Shown: positions 53,788-64,000 of the stretch, in pieces
Layout: each line of letters opens with the position of its first letter
Position numbering within the stretch: the stretch's first letter is position 1
Source: Octopus sinensis
Lineage: Eukaryota
Assembly: GCF_006345805.1 (NCBI RefSeq)
Contig: NC_042997.1
Coordinates: 45,570,001-45,634,000, forward strand
DNA length: 64,000 bases
Direction: 5' to 3'
Position numbers and translations under genes: made by a program
The notes under the pieces: model-generated
What the model saw: the letters and a program-made list of their open reading frames with translations, nothing else
What the model was told of the DNA's origin: nothing
Database searches by the model: none

Positions 53788-54107
53788 TATAAAATATTAT
53801 TAGAGACACAAACCACTATTTTGCAAAACAAACAAGGAAAGACTTAATCAATACATAAAATTTTAATAAATAGTCAAAAAAACCGCCACTACAATTGTTT
53901 CTTGTCTTGATCGACAATCTCAGGTGGACTTCCAATAAGTCAGTTTCAAATTATGAAGTCAACTGACTTATTGGAAGTCCACCTGAAGATTGTCGATCAA
54001 GACAAGAAACAATTGTAGTGGCGGTTTTTTGACTATTTATTAAAATTTTATGTATTGATTAAGTCTTTCCTTGTTTGTTTTGCAAAATAGTGGTTTTGTC
54101 TCTAATA

Positions 54108-54117
<10 letters not shown>
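53788..54117. repeat. Fold-back palindrome (about 157-bp arms, 15-nt spacer) in (TA)n
   Basis: 53788-53945 is a near-perfect reverse complement of 53961-54117. Confidence 0.95.
53979..54021 (+). ncRNA. Minimal type I hammerhead ribozyme, intact core
   Basis: CCAC-CTGAAGA-TTGTC gatcaa GACAA-GAA-ACAATTGT-A-GTGG; predicted GUA cleavage after 54017; the mirror copy near 53886-53927 lacks one core A. Confidence 0.85.
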
Positions 54118-54145
<28 letters not shown>

Positions 54146-54146
<1 letters not shown>

Positions 54147-54542
54147 TAGCAGTATCGCCCGGCGTTGCTCGGGTTTGTAAGGGAAATAACTATATAAGCA
54201 TTTTTAGAGATGTAAAGTATAATAGCCATCTCAATATGGCTAACCACAAAGGGTGGTGGTGTTACTCTAGCTTTTTACGTTCTGAGATTTAATAATAAAC
54301 TTTTAGAGAGTTACTTCCCTTATATATGCCTAAAATGCATTAAAAATGGGAAAAATTGATGGTAAATTTTTTTAAAATCATAGACTCATCGTAGACGCGC
54401 GCTAATACCCAGAAGGGATCGATATAAATCACGACTATAAGATACCCGGTTTTGGTTAAACTGCACCGCAAAATGTGGGAGTAGTTAGGAATCTAAATCG
54501 TAGGAGACAGACAGCACACAACCTCACTTTTATATATAAAGA
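54146..54542 (-). mobile_element. Short non-autonomous Helitron, copy A
   Basis: 5' TCTTTATATATAAAAG; 3' cccgagcaacgccggg hairpin plus CTAG; A|T site. Confidence 0.85.
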
Positions 54543-54767
54543 TATATATATATATATACATACAAACCAACTTTCTGTCATAAAGTGGTCACAAAAACCG
54601 ATAGAAAATAAGTTAAAGCGGTGCTTCAGCTTGACCACTGTCCTACGACTGACATCGTTAAAGAGATAAAAAAATACATACACACACACACACACATATA
54701 TATACTGACACATATATAGCTGAATAGATATTGAACGTATGTACATGCATATACGTATGGTGGATGA

Positions 54768-55151
54768 TGGAAGCACTCCGTCGGTTACGACGATGAGGGT
54801 TCCGGTTGATCCGAATCAACGGAACAGCCTGCTCGTGAAATTAAGGTGTAAGTGGCTGAGCACTCCACAGACACGTGTACCCTTAACGTAGTTCTCGGGG
54901 ATATTCAGCGTGACGCAGAGAGTGACAAGGCCGGCCCCTTGAAATACAGGTACAACAGAAACAGGAAGTAAGAGTGAGAGAAAGTTGTGGTGAAAGAGTA
55001 CAGCAGGGATCACCACCATCCCTGCCGGAGCCTCGTGGAGCTTTTAGGTGTTTTCGCTCAATAAACACTCACAACGCCCGGTCTGGGAATCGAAACCGCG
55101 ATCCTACGACCGCGAGTTCGCTGCCCTAATCACTGGGCCATTGCGCCTCCA
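54768..55151 (-). mobile_element. Young tRNA-derived SINE (family 3) with TSD
   Basis: TSD gcatatacgtat at 54747-54758 and 55153-55164. Confidence 0.92.
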
Positions 55152-55573
55152 CGCATATACGTATACGCGCGTGTACGCATATGTATGTACATACGTTCAA
55201 TATATCTATTTAGCTATGCGATTCACTTCTCTTTGTAACATTTCTTGTCTCATTCACTTCTTTCCAGCGCTGACCCTGATTTCTCTTTTATCATTACTTA
55301 TTAAATCACCTTACTTTTCTAACACTCTCTTTATACTGCAGAGTGCGCTACATTTCTTCTATTCGTTCTTTACTAATGCTTATCTACCTCGTTCATTCTT
55401 TCTTGTACTTCTCTCTTACACTGTCTTTTTCGATCTTTCCTAACTATCTAATTCACCTCACTCTGGTGCCAATTTTTTTTTAAAATGTAGTTGTAGTCTC
55501 AGAGGCTATAAATGTTTCCTGTATTCAGCTATTTGTACGATGCAGTGGTTATGCAGGATTTGAAGTCCTGAAA

Positions 55574-55896
55574 TCTTTATATATGAAAGTGAGGTTGTGT
55601 GCTGTCTGTCTCCAACGATTTAGATTTCTAACTACTCCCACATTCTGCGGTGCAGTGTAACCAAAAGCGGGTATCTTATAGACGTGATTCATATCGAGCC
55701 CTTTTAATGCATTTTTTTGCTATTATATAAGGGAAGTAACTCTCTAAAAATGTATTATTAAATCTCAGAACGTAAAAAGCTAGAGTAACCCTTTGTGGTT
55801 AACAATATTGAGATGGCTATTATACTTTACATCTCTAAAAATGCTTATATAGTTATTTCCCTTACAAACCCGAGCAACGCCGGGCGATACTGCTAG
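55574..55896 (+). mobile_element. Short non-autonomous Helitron, copy B
   Basis: Same family as 54146-54542 with an internal deletion; TC...CTAG ends. Confidence 0.85.
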
Positions 55897-56399
55897 TATT
55901 CTATAGATGTGAAGCTTCTTGTTAATTGCTGTACGCCCATTGACCAGGTCAAAGGAAACAACACTCCAATCAATAGATATTGCATGAAGTTTGGTTCTTT
56001 TATTAGGTATGTGTACACCTGTCCAAGTAACTACACAGCGAGGTGGATCGAATTTTTGTACCTATGTCCATCTCTAAAGTTATATAGGCGCAGGATCCGA
56101 ATCTCGTAATTTTGCGGCATCCGTGTCTGAGATACTACTCACAGCACCTGATTACGTGGGAATACAGGCTTGTTTCCTGCGAGACAGTCAAGACAGCTCA
56201 GTCCTGCATTGAAAACATTGCTTTAGTTAAGAAGTAATATGACTGCGTTGTTTTGAAAGATGGCAGACGGTGATAATGAAAAATAAACAGACAGGAACTA
56301 GATAAAAGAATTGTTCGCTGGTACAATGGCTGTCATAGTTGTTGAGGGGAAAACATTTCTTCCTCTCTCTGTCTCTTTCTTTCTACACACACACACATT

Positions 56400-56648
56400 T
56401 CTGCATGTATGTATTATATGTATGTATGTGTGTATGTATGTATGTATGTATGTTTGTATGTATGTATGTATGTATGTATGTATGTATGTATGTATGTATG
56501 TATGTGTGTGTGTATGTATGTATGTATGTATGTATGTATGTATGTATGTATGTATGCATGTATGTATGTATGTATGTATGTATGTATGTATGTATGTATG
56601 TATGCATGTATGTATGTATTATATGTATGTATGTATGTATGTATGTAT

Positions 56649-56680
<32 letters not shown>

Positions 56681-56713
56681 TGTGTGTATGTATGTATGCA
56701 TGTATGTATGTAT

Positions 56714-56745
<32 letters not shown>

Positions 56746-57025
56746 TGTATGTATGTGTGTATGCATGCATGCTGCATGTATGTATATATGTATGCATGTA
56801 TGTATGTATGTATGTATGCATGTATATGTATGCATGCATGCATGCATGTATGTATGTATTAATATGTAGTTTATATATGTTGTATGTATGTAAACGTGTA
56901 TGTTATGTATGTAGTAGTATGTATGATCATGTAGGTATGTATTATATGTATGTATTTATGTATGTATGTATTATATGTATGTATGTATGTATGTATGCAT
57001 GCATGCATGCATGTATGTATGTATA
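56400..57025. repeat. (TATG)n microsatellite
   Basis: Direct inspection. Confidence 0.98.
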
Positions 57026-58394
57026 ATATAGATAGATAGATGAAGCGCATTCACTCATGTAAACGGAACTACTATTGGCATTGAGCACGCATGCAGCGGT
57101 GACCGAATTGTCATATTCGATTTAACACGTTCCCAACATGAATACATTACTTACGTAGTTATTGAATCTATAAAGAATGTGACAATGTTCTCGTTCAAAT
57201 ATCAAAGTATAACGAAATACTTTCCTTCATTGCATGTCACGGTATTAGCAAATTGGGCGCCAGATACAAGAAACTTGCCATTCGACAGATGGAATTTTGG
57301 TTATTTTGAAAAACAAAAAGCAAAAACAAAAAACAATGCAATGCTAAGACGAGCTACATGACATGACAGGATCTTGTTACGAAAGATAAAAATCGACATT
57401 TCCTGATATAAAATACTTTCATTCGCTAAGAAGTCAAGAAAACTTTTAGTAATGGCAATGATGACTGACTTCATTTAATAAACAGTGTGTAACCATCAGG
57501 GCATTAATCAGTTTTATATTCAACACTTCTCGTATTTACATGCTTTCTCAATCTGGCTGCGTGTTATCATTGTCTTGAATCTAACTCCTTTATCTGTGTA
57601 TAAAGCAAACGGAATTCCTCCCCTCGATTCAAGCTGGTTCTTATCAATGATATAACCAGATAGGATACCGTTCGTTTGCCTACATTGGAGGGATGTCACT
57701 TCTCGCTTGATCTGAGGTTTTCGCTGGCGATGAATAAACGAGAATATAAACAAAACTGATACTTCTTACGACTTCTCAGGGATGCTTCGCTTTGTTTATT
57801 CTTTGGATGTAATAGTTATCCATAACATGACCTGTAGATTAGTAGACGCACTGCAGCATAAAGCATATTATTGCAACGAAACTGGTAGGCAAGACCCCCC
57901 TTTTTATATTCTAGTTGATTACACTAACCAACAAATTCTAACTTTTTTCTTCTGACCTAAGTTTGAGATCTGTTTTGGGGTAATTTGGGGGTCACTGAGA
58001 ATAAAAAGGGCTATAGTTCTTTTCTGTCAGGTCGAACTTTTTTTCTGTGGGTTGGCCCATATTGGCCTTACCCGTAGCTCCATGTTTCAGAAATTTCTCG
58101 ATGTGTTTTTCGTAGGGTAGGTTAGCAGTAAGAGTCTCAATGTCAGCTGAGTGTTCAGTGAGTGAGGTTGTGACGTTCTGTCGGCCTAGTATATGCACAT
58201 GTGTAAAAGTGTGTTTCCTAACAACTGTGTGCTCGAATGCTCTGTCTTCTTAATCTGCGTTGTTAATCTCTTCTTACTATCAACAAATGTACAAAAGATA
58301 TCATAGTTAAGCATTTCTACTGAATATTTATTTTATCAATGTATTTAGACATCTACTGAGACAAACCTAGACATATAAATATGTTTTACAGTAC

Positions 58395-59400
58395 TAAGTC
58401 AAAGAAGAATGAACATTAGTGACTTTGTGAAAAGATCCTACTTTACTTACTTTAAGATTAAAGTTGGTGATCAGGATAAATCGTGAGCCTCGCACAATGT
58501 ATGTAAACCCTGTGTCAGAAATCCACGCCAATGGACAAAGAGCACAAAGAAACGACTAACATTTGACATTCCTATAATATGGTGGGAGTCAAAGAACCAT
58601 GTAAATGATTGTTACTTTTGTCTCACAAAGACTTGTGTTTATAGTAACAGAACGTGAGAGAAAATAAGTTACGCAAATCTAGATTCAGCAATTCATTCAG
58701 TGTTTCACTCAGATGAAATACCAGAATCCGTTTTCAAGGATCGACCTTCACTGCAAGGTGAAAGTGATGTATGTGAAGTAAATATAAATCATGAATACGA
58801 CAGTGATATAGACGTTGTAGAAACATGAACCAAAGAACTTGAAAACTTTAACCTGACAGAACATAATGATTTAGTTAGAGACCTACCGTCAAAAGACTGA
58901 TCAAAGCTGTTAGTTTCTAGGCTTAAAGTGAAGACTTTGTTGCAGAAAGAAACAAACGTAACTTTTTATCGGAATAGGATAAAAAAAATCTCTTGACGTT
59001 ATTTACAACCAGAAAAGATTTTGTTTACTGTTGTGACGTGGCGGAACGTTAAACGTGATGGTATTGGACAGCATGATCCTAGTGAATGGAGACTCTTTAC
59101 AGATAGTTCATAGTGCTCTTTAAAGAGAATTATGATCACATAAAAGTTGTATTAGATTTATTCAAGTATGATGAACACAAATGGGTCATATGTGTGATTC
59201 TAAAAATGGTTGACTTTTTACTTGGCCAACATGGAGGGTATACAAAATATCCGTGTTTCCTGTGTTTATGGGATAGCTGAGCAAGAAACAAACATTGGGT
59301 ACAGAAACTCTGTCCAGTTAGGAAAATTTTGACTTTTGGAGAGAAGAATGTCATACACTAACCACTTGTTGAGCGAGAGAAAATCATCTCCCCACCAATC
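58395..59400 (+). pseudogene. Degenerate Chapaev3-like (CMC) DNA transposase
   Basis: YFKIKVGDQDKS*ASHNVCKPC; IPIIW.E.KNHVNDCYFC; NDLVRDL; EWRLF.DSS; LLGQHGGYTKYPCFLCLWDS; many stops. Confidence 0.7.
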
Positions 59401-60043
59401 TCTCCAATTTATCCAATGTAACATTTCTTCCTATCACGTCAAGTTTAAAGCTTCACTGGAGTTTTTTTTCTATCAACCTATCTCGTATGTGCATGTTTAT
59501 GTTTGCCTGAATGCGTGTGTGATTATTTGGCATACAAATATATAATGTTTCAGAGCGTTAAAGGGTCATTGCCTTTTATAATGAAACATGCTGTGTTATA
59601 GACTTCACAAGAGCCAAGAATACAATAAAAACCCTTAAAAATATCATTCAACAGGACAACACTAAGGAGTAACGGTTGTCGACTCGTACGGCCAGCCACT
59701 GCAGGATAAACAGCTCACTTTCATCTTGACTTGTTCTTATCGGTGTGAAACGGCTGCAGCTCCCCAAAACATGTCGCTAGAAAGAAACTTGCTACAGTAA
59801 TCAGCGCTTAAAGAAAAGAGAGAGAAAAAAACAGAAGCAAAAAAGTTCTTACGAGTCCACCCACACCGTTAGATGGCGTGCATGGAGAATTTGTTGCCGC
59901 TTAATAACTATTAACGCTGTAATGATCACAATCGGGATATACGATCTCTCTCTTTCTCTTTGTCTCTCTTACCACCCGCTTTCTCCCTCTCTCCATATAT
60001 ATGTACGTACACATATGTAAGCATATTTTATATACATATATAT

Positions 60044-60097
<54 letters not shown>

Positions 60098-60106
60098 GTA
60101 TGCATG

Positions 60107-60174
<68 letters not shown>

Positions 60175-60269
60175 CATATATATATATAGGTATATAATAT
60201 ATATCGATACAATAATTGTTTCTTGTCAGGAACAAAAAAATGTATTATATATTATACATACATACATAC

Positions 60270-60301
<32 letters not shown>

Positions 60302-60304
60302 CCA

Positions 60305-60341
<37 letters not shown>

Positions 60342-60349
60342 TATATAAT

Positions 60350-60398
<49 letters not shown>

Positions 60399-60760
60399 TC
60401 AAAATTCAGATAAGTTATCATTTATCTTTTAAAAAAAACAATAATAAAGTGGCTAGCAAACATAATCCAAATATTCAATATATATATGTATATAAAAAGT
60501 CAGGGTGCAAAATGTACCCGTTTGCTTGAAAGAAGGATAAAGCTTTCTAAAACCACGTATGTTTCATTGTATGTAAATACACACAGATAATGTTGTAATA
60601 GATTTAGAAAAACGGTTTTTCCAGTTGTAAATCTGCAAACAGGAAGGTAGACATCCCAGTATCAATTGTAAATGATACTTGGCTTTGGAGAGTTTTAGTC
60701 TCCTTTCAAGCAAACGGTACATATTGCACCCTCACTTTAAATATATATATATATATATAT

Positions 60761-61001
60761 AAACAATTGCAGTGTGGAAGGTGTTTGTAAGCCATTTAAG
60801 AAACACACAAAAGCTGTTCGATTCACTTTAACATTTAAGTTTAATTTGTCAAAATATTTTCTTCGCTTTAAGACCGCGACCTGTTCACTGACAAAAATCC
60901 GTGCTGCATCTCCAAATATTTTGACAAATTAAACTTAAATGTTGAAGTGAATCGAACGGCTTATGTGTGTTTCTTAAACACCTTCCACGCTGCAATTGTT
61001 T
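60761..61001. repeat. Fold-back element in (TA)n with an HHR-like fold in the loop
   Basis: 60761-60860 is the reverse complement of 60914-61001. Confidence 0.85.
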
Positions 61002-61055
61002 TCGTTTCAGCACACGATCTCAGATCAAATCACTTGCTATGCAAGTACATCTCCG

Positions 61056-61090
<35 letters not shown>

Positions 61091-61094
<4 letters not shown>

Positions 61095-62003
61095 GTCATC
61101 TCATAAATAATGAGATTTCTTAAATACTTCTTTCATTTTTCAAAATTAAGATAAATTTCTTTTTAAATCTAAAATATACTCTTCTTCATTTTCTACAATA
61201 CTCTTCTATCTATCTGGTAGACGTTCGAGGCCCCACTTTCAAAATTCTCTTGTTCACGACGAAAAATACTCCTCCAGTGCTCTTCTGATTGTCCGCAGAA
61301 TACATATTTTTCCGTCCAAATGATTTTGAAGACAGCGGAATAAATGATAATCAGATGGGGCAATATCTAGCAAATATGGAGGGTGGGGCATCGTTTCCCA
61401 TTCAAACTCACCCAGCCTTTGGAATTTCATCCCCTCTGTATGTAGCCGAGCATTGTCCAGATAGAGGAACACCTTTCGTCTTGAAACCAAAGATGATCGT
61501 TTTTCTTCTAGCGCAGGTGTCGATGAATAACTGAATAACCAAATCCTAGCTTCTATGCTAGTCCCTCAACAGTTACGATGGGATTTTGCTCCACCGGGTT
61601 TTCTGGACGTCTTCGTCGAGCTCTACTGCTCTTCTAGGACGAAGCTCGTCTTCTAGGCTGTAGTTTCCGGCTCGGAATTTCTGGAACCACCGTTGACACT
61701 GGTTTACGCTTATTGTCCAATCCCCATATACTGCATTAATATTCCTCGCACATTCCATTACGTTGTTGCCTTTATTGAACTCACAAAGAAAAATATGCCG
61801 AATATGCTCCTTTGTCACTTCCATTATAGCTTTGAAAAAATAACTCTTAAAATCGAACTGCACTCTTCAAAACTTGCACTAAGAATAAATACAAAGATGA
61901 AATTACTACATGATTTTATAGTTGATGCAGGTAGTTTATCCTGACCCCCTCCGACTTTTAATTCATACAACTAAAAAACCGTATTATTTATGGGACTACC
62001 CAA
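61091..62003 (-). mobile_element. mariner (DD34D) transposon, internally deleted
   Basis: TIRs ttgggtcatctcataaataat / attatttatgggactacccaa with TA flanks; HIRHIFLCEFNKG..CQRWFQKFRAG and DNARLH..PHPPY..DIAPSDYHLF. Confidence 0.95.
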
Positions 62004-62543
62004 TATAATCTTCTCTCTTCGCGCCTTTGCGTCACATGGGCTCAACTCCCCTCTCCTCTTCATCTGACATCTACTTCCTCTTCACTCTTACCCACCTTCT
62101 CCCTCATCGATACCTCTCCATCCACCCCACTTCCACACATCCCATTCCTACATACCCCACCCTACCCTACATACTCACTCCAAACCCACACTCCAGCACC
62201 ACCACACTACACCACACACCACCACATCACATCACACCACAGCCACACCACTTCCCAGCACCCACACCATCATCTACACACCCACACATTATAGTCGCAC
62301 ACACTCACGCACACACACATGCATCCATACGTCAAAGTCACCAGCCCCTATCCACACGCACACATTTACACATTCTCATATATACACACGCACGCACACA
62401 TTCGTTTTGGGATCACCAGTACTTTATTATCTCCCTTCTTCCTAGTTCTCCTGTCTAACTACTTTTGCCCAACCAGTCGCCATGATTGACCGCTAACTCC
62501 AAAAGTTTTCTTTTATTCTCTCTCTCTTTATTTCCTCGTGTTC

Positions 62544-62579
62544 CTTTCTGTCGAAGTGTATAGGCTCGAAACGTAAAAG
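62544..62579 (+). ncRNA. Hammerhead-like motif with a variant core
   Basis: cttt-CTGTCGA-agtgtataggctc-GAA-ACGT-A-aaag; stem I cttt/aaag. Confidence 0.5.
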
Positions 62580-62670
62580 ACTTTCTCACCTTCCCGGGCT
62601 TCAAATTAATACACCTGTTTGTTGTTGTTAATACACCTGTCTTTCTTTTGTTTTTTCTGTAAATTTCAAC

Positions 62671-62748
<78 letters not shown>

Positions 62749-62754
62749 ACACCC

Positions 62755-62789
<35 letters not shown>

Positions 62790-62796
62790 CATATTT

Positions 62797-63648
62797 ATAG
62801 TATGCGGTGAATATTTGTCGTCTAAATTACGCACAAATGAAAAATAACACTGACATCTCATTTTAACAGACATATTTGTCAAAATTACATAAAATATCTT
62901 GAAATACTAAAGAGTAAATTTATTCAATAAAATCGCCATTGGCTTCAACCACGTCCTCCAGGCGACTTCGATAACCCCTGCAACTCTTCTGGACGGTCTC
63001 CTTGTTTAAGTTAGTGAATGCTGCTATGCCTTCAGTTCATCTTTACTGTTACAAGGAGTTTTGTGGGGGTTCAACCGCGCCACCCCACACAATAATAAAG
63101 GGAGTTGCAGTCTGGAGAGTTAGGTGGTAAGATGTTAGGGGTGATGTGGTCGCAGAAATTGTCTGACAGCCATGACTGGGTTCTTCCGCTTGTGTAGCAT
63201 GGTGCAGAGTCCAGTTTCCAGACATGGGATCTTCCAGCAGCCACACTGTTGACCCAGGGTAACACTGCCACCTCCAAGTACTTGATGTAGGCCTCTGTGT
63301 TGAGTCTGAGGCCGTGTAGGAAGATGAATGGAGGCACAACATGGCCATCTCTAGCGATCACTCCAAACACCATAATGTTGAGCGGCTGTCTGATATTCAT
63401 CATCCTCGGTACATGTCCTCGGGTTGACACCCAAACACTATGAAATGTTCGAATTGGAGCTTCCAGCGCGAATGCCAAGCAGTACAGCATGTCGTTTCCA
63501 AATTTCTGGTAGAGTGAATTGCATCTTGATGCTGTTTTTCTCAAGGACGGTGCCCAACTGACCCTACTATACTGTGTAATCGACAAAATCAAACAATGCG
63601 CGTACGTGAAATAAAAATATAAAATAGCGACAATTTACTCATCACACA
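62797..63648 (-). mobile_element. Tc1/mariner superfamily (maT/DD37D-like) remnant
   Basis: MVFGVIARDG..PPFIF..WKLDSAPC..TQSWL..LPPNSPDCN.L.Y; degenerate TIR-like ends. Confidence 0.8.
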
Positions 63649-63714
63649 CATATATATATGTACACACACACATGTATGTATTTATGCATATGTATCTGTA
63701 TATATATATATTAT

Positions 63715-63749
<35 letters not shown>

Positions 63750-63750
63750 T

Positions 63751-63781
<31 letters not shown>

Positions 63782-64000
63782 TGAGTGAGAGAAGAGATAC
63801 ACATGGCTGTTTTGGTTAATATACACACACGCAAACACACACACACAAACACACACATATAAATATATGCACATATACATGCATATACACATACACATAA
63901 ATACACACTTACTCACACATACACATGCACACACACACCAACGCACACACACATGCACATGCACACACACACACACGCACATACACATACAATGTAGTAT

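Noticed and set aside
57520-58300. Possible LINE endonuclease remnant on the minus strand
   Set aside because: No motif clear enough to call by eye.
59715-59780. Possible small minus-strand exon (ttctttctag ... gtgagc)
   Set aside because: Splice-like signals only, with no recognisable peptide; expected by chance.

Overview
AT-rich, repeat-saturated animal genomic DNA. The SINE families and extreme (TA)n/(CA)n/(TATG)n/(GATA)n density strongly suggest a coleoid cephalopod, probably Octopus (inference from repeat recognition). No complete host gene is present. The only credible host coding signal is an 85-nt minus-strand exon at 944-1028 (ATG, signal peptide, GTGAGT donor); its gene runs off the window start. 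Almost all ORFs in the supplied track are microsatellite or transposon artefacts. The rest is nested transposon debris: three tRNA-SINE families, Tc1/mariner/maT/pogo/Chapaev-like/hAT DNA transposons, Helitrons, CR1- and RTE-type LINEs and two Penelope-like (RT + GIY-YIG) remnants. The most interesting signal is invisible in the ORF track: more than a dozen minimal type-I hammerhead-ribozyme (HHR) motifs with palindromic helix III. They sit at the 3' ends of the Penelope remnants, in short (about 200 bp) non-coding elements and in long fold-back palindromes, mostly embedded in or beside (TA)n microsatellites. This looks like a diverse Penelope/retrozyme-like RNA system that targets TA repeats. 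All alignments and folds were done by eye and coordinates of degenerate repeats are approximate.
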